A stretch of 64,000 bases of DNA, taken from NCBI GenBank assembly GCA_040954595.2, contig CM082581.2, positions 1,046,699 to 1,110,698 on the forward strand. The letters are read 5' to 3'. Below are positions 39,641 to 52,440 of the stretch, in pieces; the first letter of the stretch is position 1; each line of letters opens with the position of its first letter. This DNA is from Balanoglossus misakiensis (lineage: Eukaryota; Animalia; Hemichordata). The notes beneath the pieces were generated by a model. That model had not been told where the DNA came from and ran no database searches. It saw only the letters and a list, made by a program, of their open reading frames with translations. The translations under genes were made by a program, and so were the position numbers.

Positions 39641-39942
39641 CGTTCATCAAGCATGGAGGTCCCGGTCGCCTCCATGCTTGATGATGTCGTTTCTCTGGTA
39701 AGCATGGCATTTAATGTTATTTTACAAGTACATGTACACTCCTTCTAGCAAAAACTGGTCGTGGTAGGGCGAGAGGGTCCTCCCAACATCGAAATTCTGA
39801 CTTTGGGAAGCGTTACAGCACCAAACAGTAAACTCACAGTCGCATGGAATTTGTGCGTTATATTACACCGTGCGAGTAAATTGTACGTCGTTCGTTGGCT
39901 CGAGTCAGCTTTGTTATTGTGGAGCAGGTGGTACCGTAACAC

Positions 39943-40358
39943 CACAGGGGGCTCTCCCTAGGCGATTTTATTGTTTGTTTGTTGTTGTTGATTGGCATAA
40001 TAAACAAATACATATTTCTTTATTAATAAATATGGTTTGTTGACATGTAAGGGTTAGGTTATTAGGGTATATTTGACAGGTTATGGTATATTCAACGGTT
40101 AGAATTAGTGTTGGCATTTTTTCGATCCATGGCCGGCATCACCCCCCCAAACCCCCCCCCCCCCCACCCCCTGTGGCTTAGTGATGCCCGGGGCCGTGGA
40201 TCGAAAAAAATGCCAACAGTAACCCTAACTGTTGAATATACCCTAACACTTACATGTCAACAAACCATATTTATTAATAAAGAAATATGTATTTGTTTAT
40301 TATGCCAATCAACAACAACAAACAAACAATAAAATCGCGGAGGGAGGAGCCCCCTGTG
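39943..40358. mobile_element. Foldback MITE with 7-bp TSD (P-element-like termini)
   Basis: GTAACAC|CACAGGGG...CCCCTGTG|GTAACAC. Near-perfect ~180-bp inverted arms surround a C-rich loop. Confidence 0.88.
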
Positions 40359-40561
40359 GTAACACACTACAGTATAACTTTTAAGGCAAAGCGATAGCGA
40401 ATAAACTGACCAGGGTTGGTTTTGTTGTTGGGGAGATTTTTGGCACCATTGAGACTGTTATAAGCTACCAGTGGGAGCTATGGTATAGCCGTTAACACGC
40501 AGCCCTGCCACGCAGAGCTTCTATGACTGGTTACTAACTTCTATGTCTATTTGATTCACAG

Positions 40562-40636
40562 ATGCTGCCTGAAACTGTCTGCGTTTCAACTCGGGATTCT
40601 CTTCCTTGTCCGGGGCGAGTTTAAGACCGCTCAATG
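40562..40636 (+). other. Putative 75-nt exon A
   Basis: Branch point TACTAAC, acceptor tatttgattcacag and donor G|gtaagc. Confidence 0.6.
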
Positions 40637-40878
40637 GTAAGCATGACTTGCTTTATATTTGCTTTTATCGGGTGTTGCAACCGAAACAATAGGAAGAAAT
40701 GTATGTCTACGAACTAATTTACATATTCCAGCTTTCAATACAATGTACCTGTTTTTTCCCCTTCGAATTCTGGCCTCGATTTCTTGTGATATGATCGTGA
40801 TGTCATGAATTAGATGGACAACTCACAAGTTCAAATCTTCACGTGGAGCATAAAATAAATGTGGATGCATTTCCTTAA

Positions 40879-41225
40879 AGGGACAAAGTCTCTCTCTCGC
40901 TGCCCTTTTTTCCATTAATTATATTTGATACAAGACACCGTTTGTTATTCTACATGTAGATATATAGTGAATGAACGTTCAGCCACACACAACTTCCGTC
41001 CCACTTGTAGACACGAGAGTAAAAATACTCGCCAAAATGAATAATCGTTCTTTACCATTTATTCATTTTGGGCGAGTTTTTACTCTCATATCATACAAGC
41101 GGGATGGAAGTTTTGTGTGGTTGATCATTTATTCACTATATATCCAAATGTACATTGACATAAACAGTGTCTTGTATCAAACATAATTAATGGAAAAAGG
41201 ACAGCGACAGAGAGACTTTGTCCCT
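40879..41225. mobile_element. Full-length palindromic TTAA-target MITE, family A copy 3
   Basis: TTAA|AGGGACAAAGTCTCTCT...AGAGAGACTTTGTCCCT|TTAA. The paralogous empty site has a single TTAA at 47344-47347. Confidence 0.95.
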
Positions 41226-41563
41226 TTAACCATATAGCTAAAATTACTCCCATATCAATACACAGGGAGATACTTTAACTTTGGCTGAACGTGTGCTAGT
41301 CCAACACTATGCTTAATCAAACTGGCTAAGAGATCTGTTATTATATTAGACGCATGAAGGAAAGTAATGTTGTTTAGAGTGAAATAAAACAATACTTTAG
41401 GCCAGAAAGAAAAATGTAAATCATGACACAAATAGGCTGGAAATTTTTTCTGACCCTATATTATACCATGTTTTGCATATTTTCACTAATTTGTATGGCC
41501 CACATAATTCTAAAGCAAGGTTGATTGGTTACTAATTAATATTTGCATATATTTGATTCACAG

Positions 41564-41636
41564 TCTTAAACACAGCATTTCAACGTATGCCGGAGGAGGA
41601 AGAGAATACTTAGGCCTGATCCAAGACCGCTTTCCG
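41564..41636 (+). other. Putative 73-nt exon B
   Basis: TACTAAT branch-like motif, acceptor tatttgattcacag and donor G|gtaagc. Confidence 0.6.
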
Positions 41637-43109
41637 GTAAGCACACCTTGCTGTATACATGCTCCATAGCTTGTTTGTAAATGCTACCTTTTCCCATCAA
41701 ATAGTGAAGTCACCCTTTTAAAATTATGGTGGTGGCAAGCCACAACTGGTTATCATGAAGAGTTGGACACCACTAATAATCATTTTAATATTTTCCAATT
41801 GGTAACCTTTATGTACCACTATCCTCAACAATTTCAGTCAACAAGATTCATATTGCGCTGTATAGCAAGGCCAAACAAATATGACTGATTGATAGGGATT
41901 TTTCTGAAAATGTGACAAAATCAACAAATAAACAATAATCAGTCACCAATCATGCATTATGTGTTATTCGAGGGAACCTGAGCGGGTCCCATAAACCTGC
42001 CAACCCATGCTAGCCATGACTTTACAAATGTTTCCGTCATACTATGCAGAAAATTCTGGCTGCCTTAAATAGGTTTTTCACTTTGCGCTAGGTGTCAAAT
42101 CTCATTGCATTCTGGGCGGAAAGTCCATAACCAACTGTAGTAAGAGATAGAAGAAATGATATGTTTACTGTATTTCATGACTTCCTTCGGTCAAACATTT
42201 CTGTCTCGGTAGTTAGCATATTAAACTTTTTTTCACTTTTGCTATTTTTTCTGTTAAAAAGTTCAAGAATGACCCATCATCATTTTAGCTTATGAACTCC
42301 CATTTCTTTAACATGGCAAAAATCGGCCATCTTGAAATTATCGACCGTATGAGATTTTCATCACTCATTTAGGGTAGCTTAAAACGTGTTTAAAGTAGGG
42401 AGAATTGTATAGGCAAGACTTGGGCTGTAAATTTGATGAAATAGCTACATGACTATTGTTCACAAGCAGCTGACTGTACTGTAAGACTGGAAGTGTTGTG
42501 TACATATTTTACATATTCAATATTTGTAATTAGACCATGTCATGTATATCTTGGGGATTGCTCGATCACAATGTCTCTGCTGGTACAATGTCCTTTTAAC
42601 ATGTTCAGTAATATGGTAGTAATTGTAAGTTTGTGTGCGGCATTTGTAAATTATTTACAATTTATAAATTATTTTGTAAGTTTCTTCATTCTCAAATTGC
42701 TTGCCTAACGTACTGCATTAACATTTAAATTTTGGTATGATTTTGAGTAGACTTTTTGTTTCAAAATTATTTTTGACACTTTTGGGTGATATGATTTTAC
42801 ATGGAAAATCTGATTTCCCTGTAATTCGGTTGACAGGATTTTCATCATATCTCTAAATCATGAAGTACATGTATCAGACTTGCATCAGGCCCCCAAAATT
42901 CTAGTCGCCTTTGGCAAGTAATATTAGCCATTGATCTGGGAAAGTTACAAAAATGTGTTGTCCAAGGACGTTGAAGGTACATGTGGTTTTTACACTTGCT
43001 GCATGTTTATAATTTGCAATAGAAATAGACACTCAGTGCCAGCCCACTATCCCGTCTCTTTATTGCTGACTTGTATGTATGTACGTATGTACGCATTTTA
43101 TCAGAATTA

Positions 43110-44450
43110 TTAGGTCCCATTTGGTATATGTATTTATACCATGGTACCTTACGGGATCAGTTGCACCTGTATGTATGGATGTTTGTATGTCCATCAACAT
43201 CAAACATTTGGAAACTACTGGCATTTCACCTTGATATTTAATGTGCAGACAGGGCAGTAGATGGGAGTTTGTCTAAGTGAAGTTGTCATTGCCAAAATAT
43301 GCAAATTAGCTGGGAAAGTGTCAAATTTGTCAAAACTTGGGAACTCAACAACTACTGGGCAAATTGCTTTCAAAATTGATAATTGGTATGCATGTACCTT
43401 ATGGTATCCTCTCACAATTCTACATGTTGTGAGCTAATAATGTGAATTTTCTATTTTTAAGCATTTTTTTTGTCTCTTTCCACATTGTCGGTAAAAACCT
43501 ACTTTTCTGGAATTGATCAGCTGACTTGTTTGAAATTTATTATGAAGCTTCATAGGTGATCTGAGTTACCAACCATAGTTTTGTTTAAATTGTTGCCAAA
43601 AATTGCGTATTTATAATTTTGGAGCAATTTTTAGGTCCCATTTGGTTTATGTACATATATACGATTGGGACCTTATGGAATCAGTTGCATTTGTATGTAT
43701 GAGTGAATGGATGAAAACCGCTGGGCATATCACTTCCATATTTAGTGTGTAGATGCAGGCGGGGCTGTAGATGGGATTTTGTTCAAATGAAATTGTCATT
43801 GCCAAAATATTACCTGTGTAAATGTGAAATTGGTCAAAAGTCAGAAACTTGACAACCACTGGTCAGATTGGTATGTCAATGAACCCCATACAGTCCTGTA
43901 TGTTGTGAGCTAATATTATGAATTTTCTAATGTTTATTAATTTTTTTTGTCTTTTTCCACATTATTGGTAAAAAAAAATCTTCACTTCTGAAAGCGATAG
44001 TCCGACTCCTTCGAAATTTAGTATGAAGCTTCCTATGGGTGGTCCGAGTTACCATATTTTTTGTTCAGATTGTTGTAAAATAGGCATATTTATAATTTTG
44101 AGCAATTTTGCCAATTAAGGTCAGAATGCTTTGCAATTTGGTAGGCAGATTCCCAGGGGTAACCCAAGGAAGATGTCATAAAAATGGTTAAAACTGCGTG
44201 CTTGTGTTATTGGGGATATTTTTTGCAATCTTTGTCAAAAACTGTTTTCTGTTAAACCGTTCAAACCCTTGTCAGATTACTTTGAATTTTGGCAGGAATG
44301 TTCCTTGTAGTGATTGAAGTAAGATGGTGTACAATTATAGAGATGTTTGCATATTTGTGTTTTTGCCACTTTTGAACAAATGTGTTTTTCTTTGAAACTG
44401 CTTTTTTGATGGCTTTGAAATATGGTAGGAATATTCCTAGGGGTAACCCA
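43110..44450 (+). mobile_element. HINE/DINE-like repeats (two 5' ends, near 43111 and 43631)
   Basis: T-run, AGGTCCCAT...GGGACCT-type hairpin, (GTAT/GGAT)n microsatellite and diverged core repeats. The same family recurs at 49923, 50417 and 52443. Confidence 0.7.
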
Positions 44451-44451
44451 A

Positions 44452-44700
44452 TTTTTAGCTCACCTGAAAATCACGTGAGCTTATAGTTTAGCGATGTCTG
44501 TGTATGTGTGTGTCTGTCTGTATACCCGATATCTCAAGAACCGCTGAACCGATTTCAACCAAATTTAGTACACAGGTTCAGATATCATATGGCAAGAACT
44601 GAAAAGGTTTTGGTGGGTGTGGCTTTGATATTAATGAAGTTATTAAAGTTTTAATTTTTCTATTACATGGTTGTCTATGAGAGCTTTCGTTAATGCTGCA
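44452..44700 (+). mobile_element. HINE-like element 5' part (second family)
   Basis: TTTTTAGCTCACCTG...GTGAGCT hairpin, then a GTCT/GTGT microsatellite and a CCGATTTCAACCAAATTT core. Confidence 0.7.
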
Positions 44701-47047
44701 TATATGACCAGTGGAAACGATAGTTTGAGGAGATCGACTGTTTGAGGGCGCTGTGAAATGAGACATTCCTGGCGATATTGCCGTGGTTCTGTCCATGCTC
44801 AGACGCTGTACCCGTCGTTACGAATAACTTCCCTACGTGAATCCACAAGGAAGCTAACGTTGTTTAGTTGCTTCATAGAGCGTAAATTGTTAATCTACAG
44901 AACCGTCAGACGAATACTCTTTTCAAATGAAGTTTGAAACTACTTACGAGTAAGTTAGTGGAGACAATATGGCGGATAGTTGGCGTGCAGCCGAATCCGC
45001 GTTATGACTATGACGTGACCCATTCATCAAGACAAACCGTAAATGATTCACGCATATTGTGGTCCTCACGCAGTCAATCTCAAAATGTCACCAGGCTTTC
45101 TATTTGTCTATTGTTCAGAGAAAAATAACATGGCGGTTGATCACACTCAACAGTAAAATCCGTTTTGTGTGTTTATAGACAGTCTGTTATCGCCAATACT
45201 ATATAGCGATTGCTAGATGGCCTACCCAATATGTGATCGAGCGAGAATGATAACATTGAATGTCTGTTCAGATCTCATTCCGTACGTCATACGTCAACAT
45301 TTCGATTTCGATTTAATCCATTCATAAAGAATTTAGAGAAAGTCGTCTTGAATTGTGACCCCGACTATCAATTAGTTTACGATGATTTTTTGGCGACGGA
45401 ATACACGAGACGCCATTGCATAACTACGTCAGCTGGACTTCCAAGGTTACCATTTTGTGTGTATGGAATCTTATCACAGAGCCTACGTACTTTGACAATA
45501 TGCCATGCTATATCAATGACGCCCCAGAAAATTTGTCAAAAAATGAATTTGTCTTCTCATGGTGGTGCAATATATTTTAATGTCTATTTTGAGGTTGATT
45601 TTGGTTTTTGGCTAACATGTATATAAATGTCAGCTTATAGCATAAGTTGGTGTCCGTCGGCTATGTATGTCTGTATGTGTGCCTCATACAGAATTATGTA
45701 TTTTGTGAATGGATCAGTTTCGTCTTAATGTATTGATGTATGTATGTGTATGTCCATCAACATCAAAAACTTGAAACTACTGATATTTTGTGTGTACATA
45801 GAAATTGTTATTGCGAAAAAATGCATACTGGTATTAACTGGAAAAATGTTCAAATAGTCAAAATTGAAAAACTTAATAACAGCGGATCAGATTAAGTTAA
45901 AAATTGGCGTGCATTGGTGTGCAAGTACTTTGGGAAGACCTCGTATGATTTTGTTCAGGTGGAGTCAGTATCTGGCGTTTCCTATTTTTTATGAATTTTT
46001 TGGGGAATTTTCTGCAGTTTTGTTAAAAAAAAATTTTCTCTGAAATTACATGTCCAATTGATTGGAAACTTGGTATGGAGGTTCATAGGGCTTACCTGAA
46101 TCACATTTGTGCAAACGGTGGTGAAATTTGCAAAAATGCATTTTTGGGCAATATTTCCTGTTTTTGCCAAAAAATCCAATCCTGTGAAATGTAGGTGCAA
46201 TTGTTTTGATACTTTGTATTTGGGTTTCTAGGGGTGATCTCAGTCAGATATGATCAAATTGTAATGAAATTTGCATAATTGTATTTTTTGGGAATTTCTG
46301 CAGGGTTTGGCCAAATAGTCTTCGGTAATACCACAAGTCCAATTGGTTGGAAACTTTGAATGGGAATTCATATATGTGATATCAGTCAGATTTGTCTGAA
46401 TTTCCTGTTGTTTGCCAAAATGTCTTCCTTATTGAAACTTGTTAAAGAGGTTCTTAGGCATGAACAGAAATCAGATTTGTTGAAATCTGGTGAAATATTC
46501 ATACTTTTTGGTATATTTCTTGCCATTTTTGATCAAAGAGTTTTAGAATTCCATAGACTTATTATTTTTATGCAGTTCAGGATGGGGTACATGACTCATA
46601 ACCCCTTACAAAAATTGACAAGGCAACAATTCCACAAACATGTTTACATTTCACAATGGTGCAACACACAACCCTTACACCATATACACTATAAACCAAA
46701 ATGGTTTAAAACTGGTTTTTCTAATCTTGTTATTCTGTCAACCAATCACAGTACTGCACGTGAGCATATTCAGTTAATATCTGGTTCCTGATTGCTTTGG
46801 AAGTCAGTTAACAATTTCATAACACATGTACATGTATGTGCAACTTTGATTAAATTCTGGTTGTCAATATTTAGGTAGTTTGTTGTAAATTTCTTTGTTT
46901 TTGGATAGCAAATCTTTTTAACCAATTGCTCAGTTTCTTTGAAAGTTACTGTTAACAAGGAGAGTTAGTACACCCAACTTAGACTTTTACACCCAACTTA
47001 GAGCTACTATGACTGGTTACTAACTTCTATATCTATTTGATTCACAG

Positions 47048-47122
47048 ATGCTGCCTGAAATTGTCTGCATTTCAACTCGGGATTCTCTTCCTCGTCTGGG
47101 GCGAGTTTAAGACCGCTCAATG
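47048..47122 (+). other. Putative 75-nt exon A' (duplicate of A)
   Basis: Same splice signals as A, with four substitutions. Confidence 0.6.
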
Positions 47123-48299
47123 GTAAGCATGACTTGCTGTATATTTGCTTTTATCGGGCGTGGCACAACCGAAACAATAGGAAACAATGTATGTCTACGA
47201 ACTAATTTACACCTTCCAGTTATCAATACTTTTTTCCTTCGAATTCTAGCCTCGATTGCCTGTGATGTGATCGTGATGACATGAATTAAATGGTCAAGTT
47301 CAAATCTTCATGTGAAGCATAAATTAAATTTGGATGCATTTCCTTAACCATATAGCTAGAAATTACTCCCATACCAATACACGGGGAGATACCGTAATTT
47401 TGGCTGAAAGTGTGCTAGTCCAACACTATGCTTCATCAAACTGGCTAAGAGATCTATTATTATATATAGACACATGAAGGAAAGTAATGTTGTTTATAGT
47501 GAAATAAAACAATACCTTAGGCCACAAAGAAAAATATAGATCACGACACAAACAGGCTGGAGTTTTTTTCAAAAATGTGTGCATAAGATCATATTGGCCC
47601 ATGGTAATCAAAGCCAAAGCAGCCCAGTTCCAAATTCGAAACTCAGCTCAGTACCAGAAACTTGCTCAAAGCTACCAAATGCACAGAAAGTTTTGAGAAT
47701 CTAGATGAAAAATCACCAAGCGACTAGTGCGCTTGTCTATGTTCAATGTGTCTTCCCTGGTAACAACATGTACTTCTGCCACCATGCCATGAGATATACT
47801 GACAGCCACGTTTGAAACATTTTAGTATACTGATATTCAAAGTTTAAATGTAAAGGCTTACTTTTCTATAGTAAAATAAATGTTTTATAATTGCCAACAA
47901 TTTACATTCTTGCGCTAATCAGTTGTATGAAAAGTGAGGTGGATCAAATGTAAGTTTCATTTTCACAACAAACATTAAGAAATCATTGTACAGTGTTACG
48001 TAGATGTCAAAGTGTGTGTACACCTGTCGTTTACAGATATGATGTCAGTTTCACTTGTCACCTAACTGCCATGTTTGTGGTATACCCATGTGGACCACTT
48101 TACTGCAGTACTGATGTAAATGGAGTTTCAAGATCGCTGTTACAGATTTCTCTGATTCGTATTCCACGTACATTATCGCAGCACAGTCTGACCCTATATT
48201 ATACCATGTTTTGCATATTTTCACTAATTAGTATGGCCCAAATAATTCTAAAGCAAGGTTGATTGGTTACTAATTGATAAGCATATATTTGATTCACAG

Positions 48300-48372
48300 T
48301 CTTAAACACAGCATTTCAACGTATGCCGGAGGAGGAAGAGAATACCTAGGCCTGATCCAAGACCGCTTTCCG
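48300..48372 (+). other. Putative 73-nt exon B' (duplicate of B)
   Basis: Same splice signals as B, with one substitution. Confidence 0.6.
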
Positions 48373-51300
48373 GTAAGCACAACTTGCTGTATACATGCTC
48401 CATAGCTTGTTTGTAAAGGCTACCTTTTCCCATCAAATAGTGAAGTCGCCCTTTCAAAATTATGGTGGTGGTAAGCCACAACTGGTTATCATGGAGAGCC
48501 CCATATAAACTTACCAGCCCACGCTAGCCATGACTTTACAAATGTTTCCGTCATACTATGCAGAAAATTCTGGCTGCCTTAAATAGGTTTTCACTTTGCG
48601 CTAGGGGGTCAAATCACATTGCATTCTGGGCGAAAAGTCTACAACCCACTGTAGTAAGAGGTGGAAGTATTTCATGCTTTGGTCAAACATGTCTGTCTCC
48701 GTAGTTAGCATATTAAACTCATTAAATGTTTTTCACATTTTGTTATTTTGTCTGTTATGACCCATTATCACTTTAGCTTTAGCTTAGGCTCCATTCACAA
48801 ACACCTCTGGATGGGGGGGGGGGGGGAAATTCAATTTTTTTACTGCTAATTTTCACATGCCCCCCCCCCCCCCTGTACACAACCCGAAATATTTTCAAAT
48901 CCCCCACCCCCTTCTGAACTGCCAAAATTTTAAAATCCCCCCCCCCATTTTCTTTCACAGAGCAAAACACATCACTTATCTATCTTGTAAAAAAGAAAAA
49001 CAGCGCTCCCATGAAAAGACTTTGAAACTGATGTTTCCCCTCATCAGTGGGTATTAAAACTGAACATGGTTTTTATTTTTTAAGTATTTGTATTCTGTGT
49101 TGGGAGACATTGTAAACCGGGAATTGAAGGGGGTGGGTGTGGGAAGGGGTGTCCCCCTCCCACGTAAGAAAATTTTATAAAATACAGAGCTCAAAGCTGC
49201 ATTTTTATGAACCCGGCAAAAGCAAATTAACTCAACTACCAGTATGTTGGGGAGGATAAATTTAACCGTCGCCGCTCAAAGTTATCATGGGGTGGGGGCA
49301 AGTCCCCTGACATGGGACACTAGATAAACCAGTTAATGATTGAAAGGTGTTGATGAAATAGCTACATGCCTATTGTTAACAAGCAGCTGACTGTACTGAA
49401 AGAATGGAAGTGTTGTGTACCTATTTTACATATTCAATATTTGTAATTAGACCATGTCATGTATATCTTGGGGATTGCTCGATCGCAATGTCTCTGCTGG
49501 TACAATGTCCTTTTAACTTGTACAGTAATATGGTAGTGATTGTAAGTTTGTGTACGGCATTTGTAAGTTATTTTCAATTTATAATTTTTTTGTAAGTTTC
49601 TTCATTCTCAAATTGCTTGCCTAACGTACTGCTTTAAAATTTAAATTTTGGTATGATTTTGAGTAGACTTTTTGTTTCAAAATTATTTTCGACACTTGAC
49701 ATTTTTGGGTGATATGATTTTACATGGAAAATCTGATTTCCCTGTAATTCGGTTGACAGGATTTTCACAATATCTCTAAATCATGAAGTACATGTATCAG
49801 AATTGCATCAGGCCCCCAAAATTCTAGTCGCCCTTGGCAAGTAATATTAGCCATTGTTGTCCAAGGACGTTGAAGGTACAATTGGTTTTTAAACTTACTA
49901 TGTAGGCATTTTATCAGAATTATTAGGTCCCATTTGGTGCAGGTATATGTATTTATACCATGGGACCTTATGGGATCAGTTGCACCTGTATATATGGATG
50001 TCTGTATGGATGTTTGTCTGTATGTCTATCAATATCAAACACTTGGAAACCACTGGCATGTGACCTTGATATTTAGTGTGGAGATGCAGGCAGGGCATTA
50101 AGTGGGAGTTGTCAAAATGAACTTGTCATTGCCAAAATATGCAAATTAGCTGGGAAAGTGTCAAATTCGTCCAAACTCGGGAACTCGACAACTACTGAGC
50201 AAATTGCTTTCAAAATTGAAAATTGGTATTCCTGTAAGTTATGTTAACCTCACACAGTTCTATATGTTGTGAGCTAATGTGAATTTTCGATTTTTTATGT
50301 ATTTTTTGTCTCTTTCCACATTATCGGTAGAAAATCTGCTTTTCTGGAATTGATCAGCTGACTTATTTGAAATTTAGTATGAAGCTTCATAGGTGATCTG
50401 AGTTATCATAGTTTTGTAAGGTCCCATTTGCTTTACCATGGGACCTTATGATATCGGTGGATGTATGTATGTATGTCTGTATGTCCGTCCACATCACAAA
50501 CTTGAAAACCGCTGGGCATATGACCTCGATATTTGGTGTGTAGATGCAGGCCAGGCTGAAGATTGGAGTTTGTTCAAATGAAGCTGTCATTGCCAAAAAT
50601 ATGCAAATTAGCTAGGAAAATGTGAAATTGGTCAAAACTCAAACTCAACAACCACTGGTCACATTCATTTGAAAATCAGTATGCATGTACCTTATGTCTA
50701 CCTCAAACAGTCCTGTATGTTTTGAGCTAATATTATCGATTTTTAATTTTTTATGCCAAAAATCTTTTATGCATTTTTTGTATTATTCCACATTATTGGT
50801 AAAGAAATCATCATTTCTTAAAGTTATAGGCCTCATTCTTTGAATTTTAGTATGAAGCTTCTAATGGTTGTCTGAGTAACCAAAGTTTTGTTCAAATTGT
50901 TGAAAAATTTGCATATTTTAATTTTGAGCAATTTTTGCCACTTTTGGTCATTTTTTTTTCTTTAAAACTGCATGCCAGATTGATTTGGTAGGCATATTCC
51001 TAAGGGTAAACTGAGTAAGATGTTGTAAAAATGTTTTAGTATATATTGTGTTATTGGGGAAGGGGGGGGGGGGGGTTACTCAAACATTTATAACACCCAG
51101 CAACTTTTGGTACTGGCAGGGTTTGTCCTCCAATGATTTCAACATCCTGCTAGGAATACAACCTCTCCTCAACTTTATAAATATAGGGCATGACATTGCA
51201 GGTTTTTTGAGAACACTGTTTAAAATAACCCTCATCAAGCCTGTTAACTTATTTAGACAGACTATTATCCAGAATGAAACGAAACATGGATGCAATAAAA

Positions 51301-52440
51301 AGATCTTGTGCAATAAAAACCAAGTTGATCATAACAATTATTTGCTAAGTACAACATGTACATCACTAATAGAAGTTATGGCTATAAGCATAAACCTGTT
51401 TGTTTTGCTATCTTCACTATTCATATTATCTGACTATATTAATACATTTGCAAGCATACTGTTTCAGACATAGCGAATTTGATAAACATCTACAAATATA
51501 TTTTTACCTGTTGAAGTTATCAAAATCCAGACACTTGACAAAAGGACATTTTTCATCCCCTCTATAGATTGATAGTCTAACATAGCAGGCAATCTGTTTT
51601 TAACAACTGCAGAAGCCTTCATAAAAAGTTGTTGGCCAGAATGAAAGCTTAGGGGGACGTAGGATTTCCTACTTTTTAGGTTATTTTTTCTATGGCCCCA
51701 AAAAGCTATGACAAAAAATTGATGACCCCCTTGGAATTTATAATTCCCCCCCCCCTATCATACCCTGTCCATATTCTTATAAATGTCAATAAATGCCATA
51801 CAGTCCTGTATGTTTTGTTTTGAGCTAATATTATGAATTTTCTATTTTTATTGTTTTGTCTTTTACTGCATTATTGGTAAAGAAAAATCTTCCTTTCTGA
51901 AAGCCATAGTTTTTGTTCAAATTGCAAATTGTTGTGAAATTGGTATATTTATAATTTTGAGCAATTTTGTAATTTTTGCTCAGAATGCAGATTCCTAGGG
52001 GGGTAACCCAAGTAAGGTGTTGTAAAAGAATTGTTTAAAAAATAAAAATATATTTGTAGATGGTTATCAAATTCGCTGTGTCTGAAAGCGCTTGTCAGAT
52101 TGCTTTGAACTTTGACATGAATGTTCCTTGTAGTGATTTAAGTAAGATGGTGTACAATTATAGTGATTTTTGCATATTTGTGTTTTTGCCACTTTTGAAC
52201 AAATGTAGTTTTGTTTAACCCCCATCTTACCCTATCCATATTCAAATAAATATGAAAAGAAATTTCTCACAGATATTATTTACTTTGATAATACTATCAT
52301 TTGTGTAACAACTAATCAATCAAACAGTCAATAATCATAAATTGGGAGTTCAAAAATATCTATAAGGGAGATTTAAAACCCCGTTAGCAACAACTGTTTG
52401 CCATGTTTTCAGTATTAATGTTTTGTGTAGCTTCTGCAGT

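Larger units (their letters stand above)
40514..43900 (+). repeat. Local segmental duplication, copy 1 (paralogue starts at 47000)
   Basis: Colinear high similarity from agagct(t/a)ctatgactggttactaac onward, with copy-specific indels. The right boundary is blurred by repeats. Confidence 0.9.
47000..50900 (+). repeat. Local segmental duplication, copy 2
   Basis: Colinear with 40514-43900. It lacks the MITE and has extra segments at ~47571-48187 and ~48785-49345. Confidence 0.9.

Noticed and set aside
40637-41563. Intronic snoRNAs in the short-exon transcript
   Set aside because: I found no convincing paired C (RTGATGA) and D (CTGA) boxes with terminal stems, or H/ACA structure, by eye. snoscan or Infernal would be needed.
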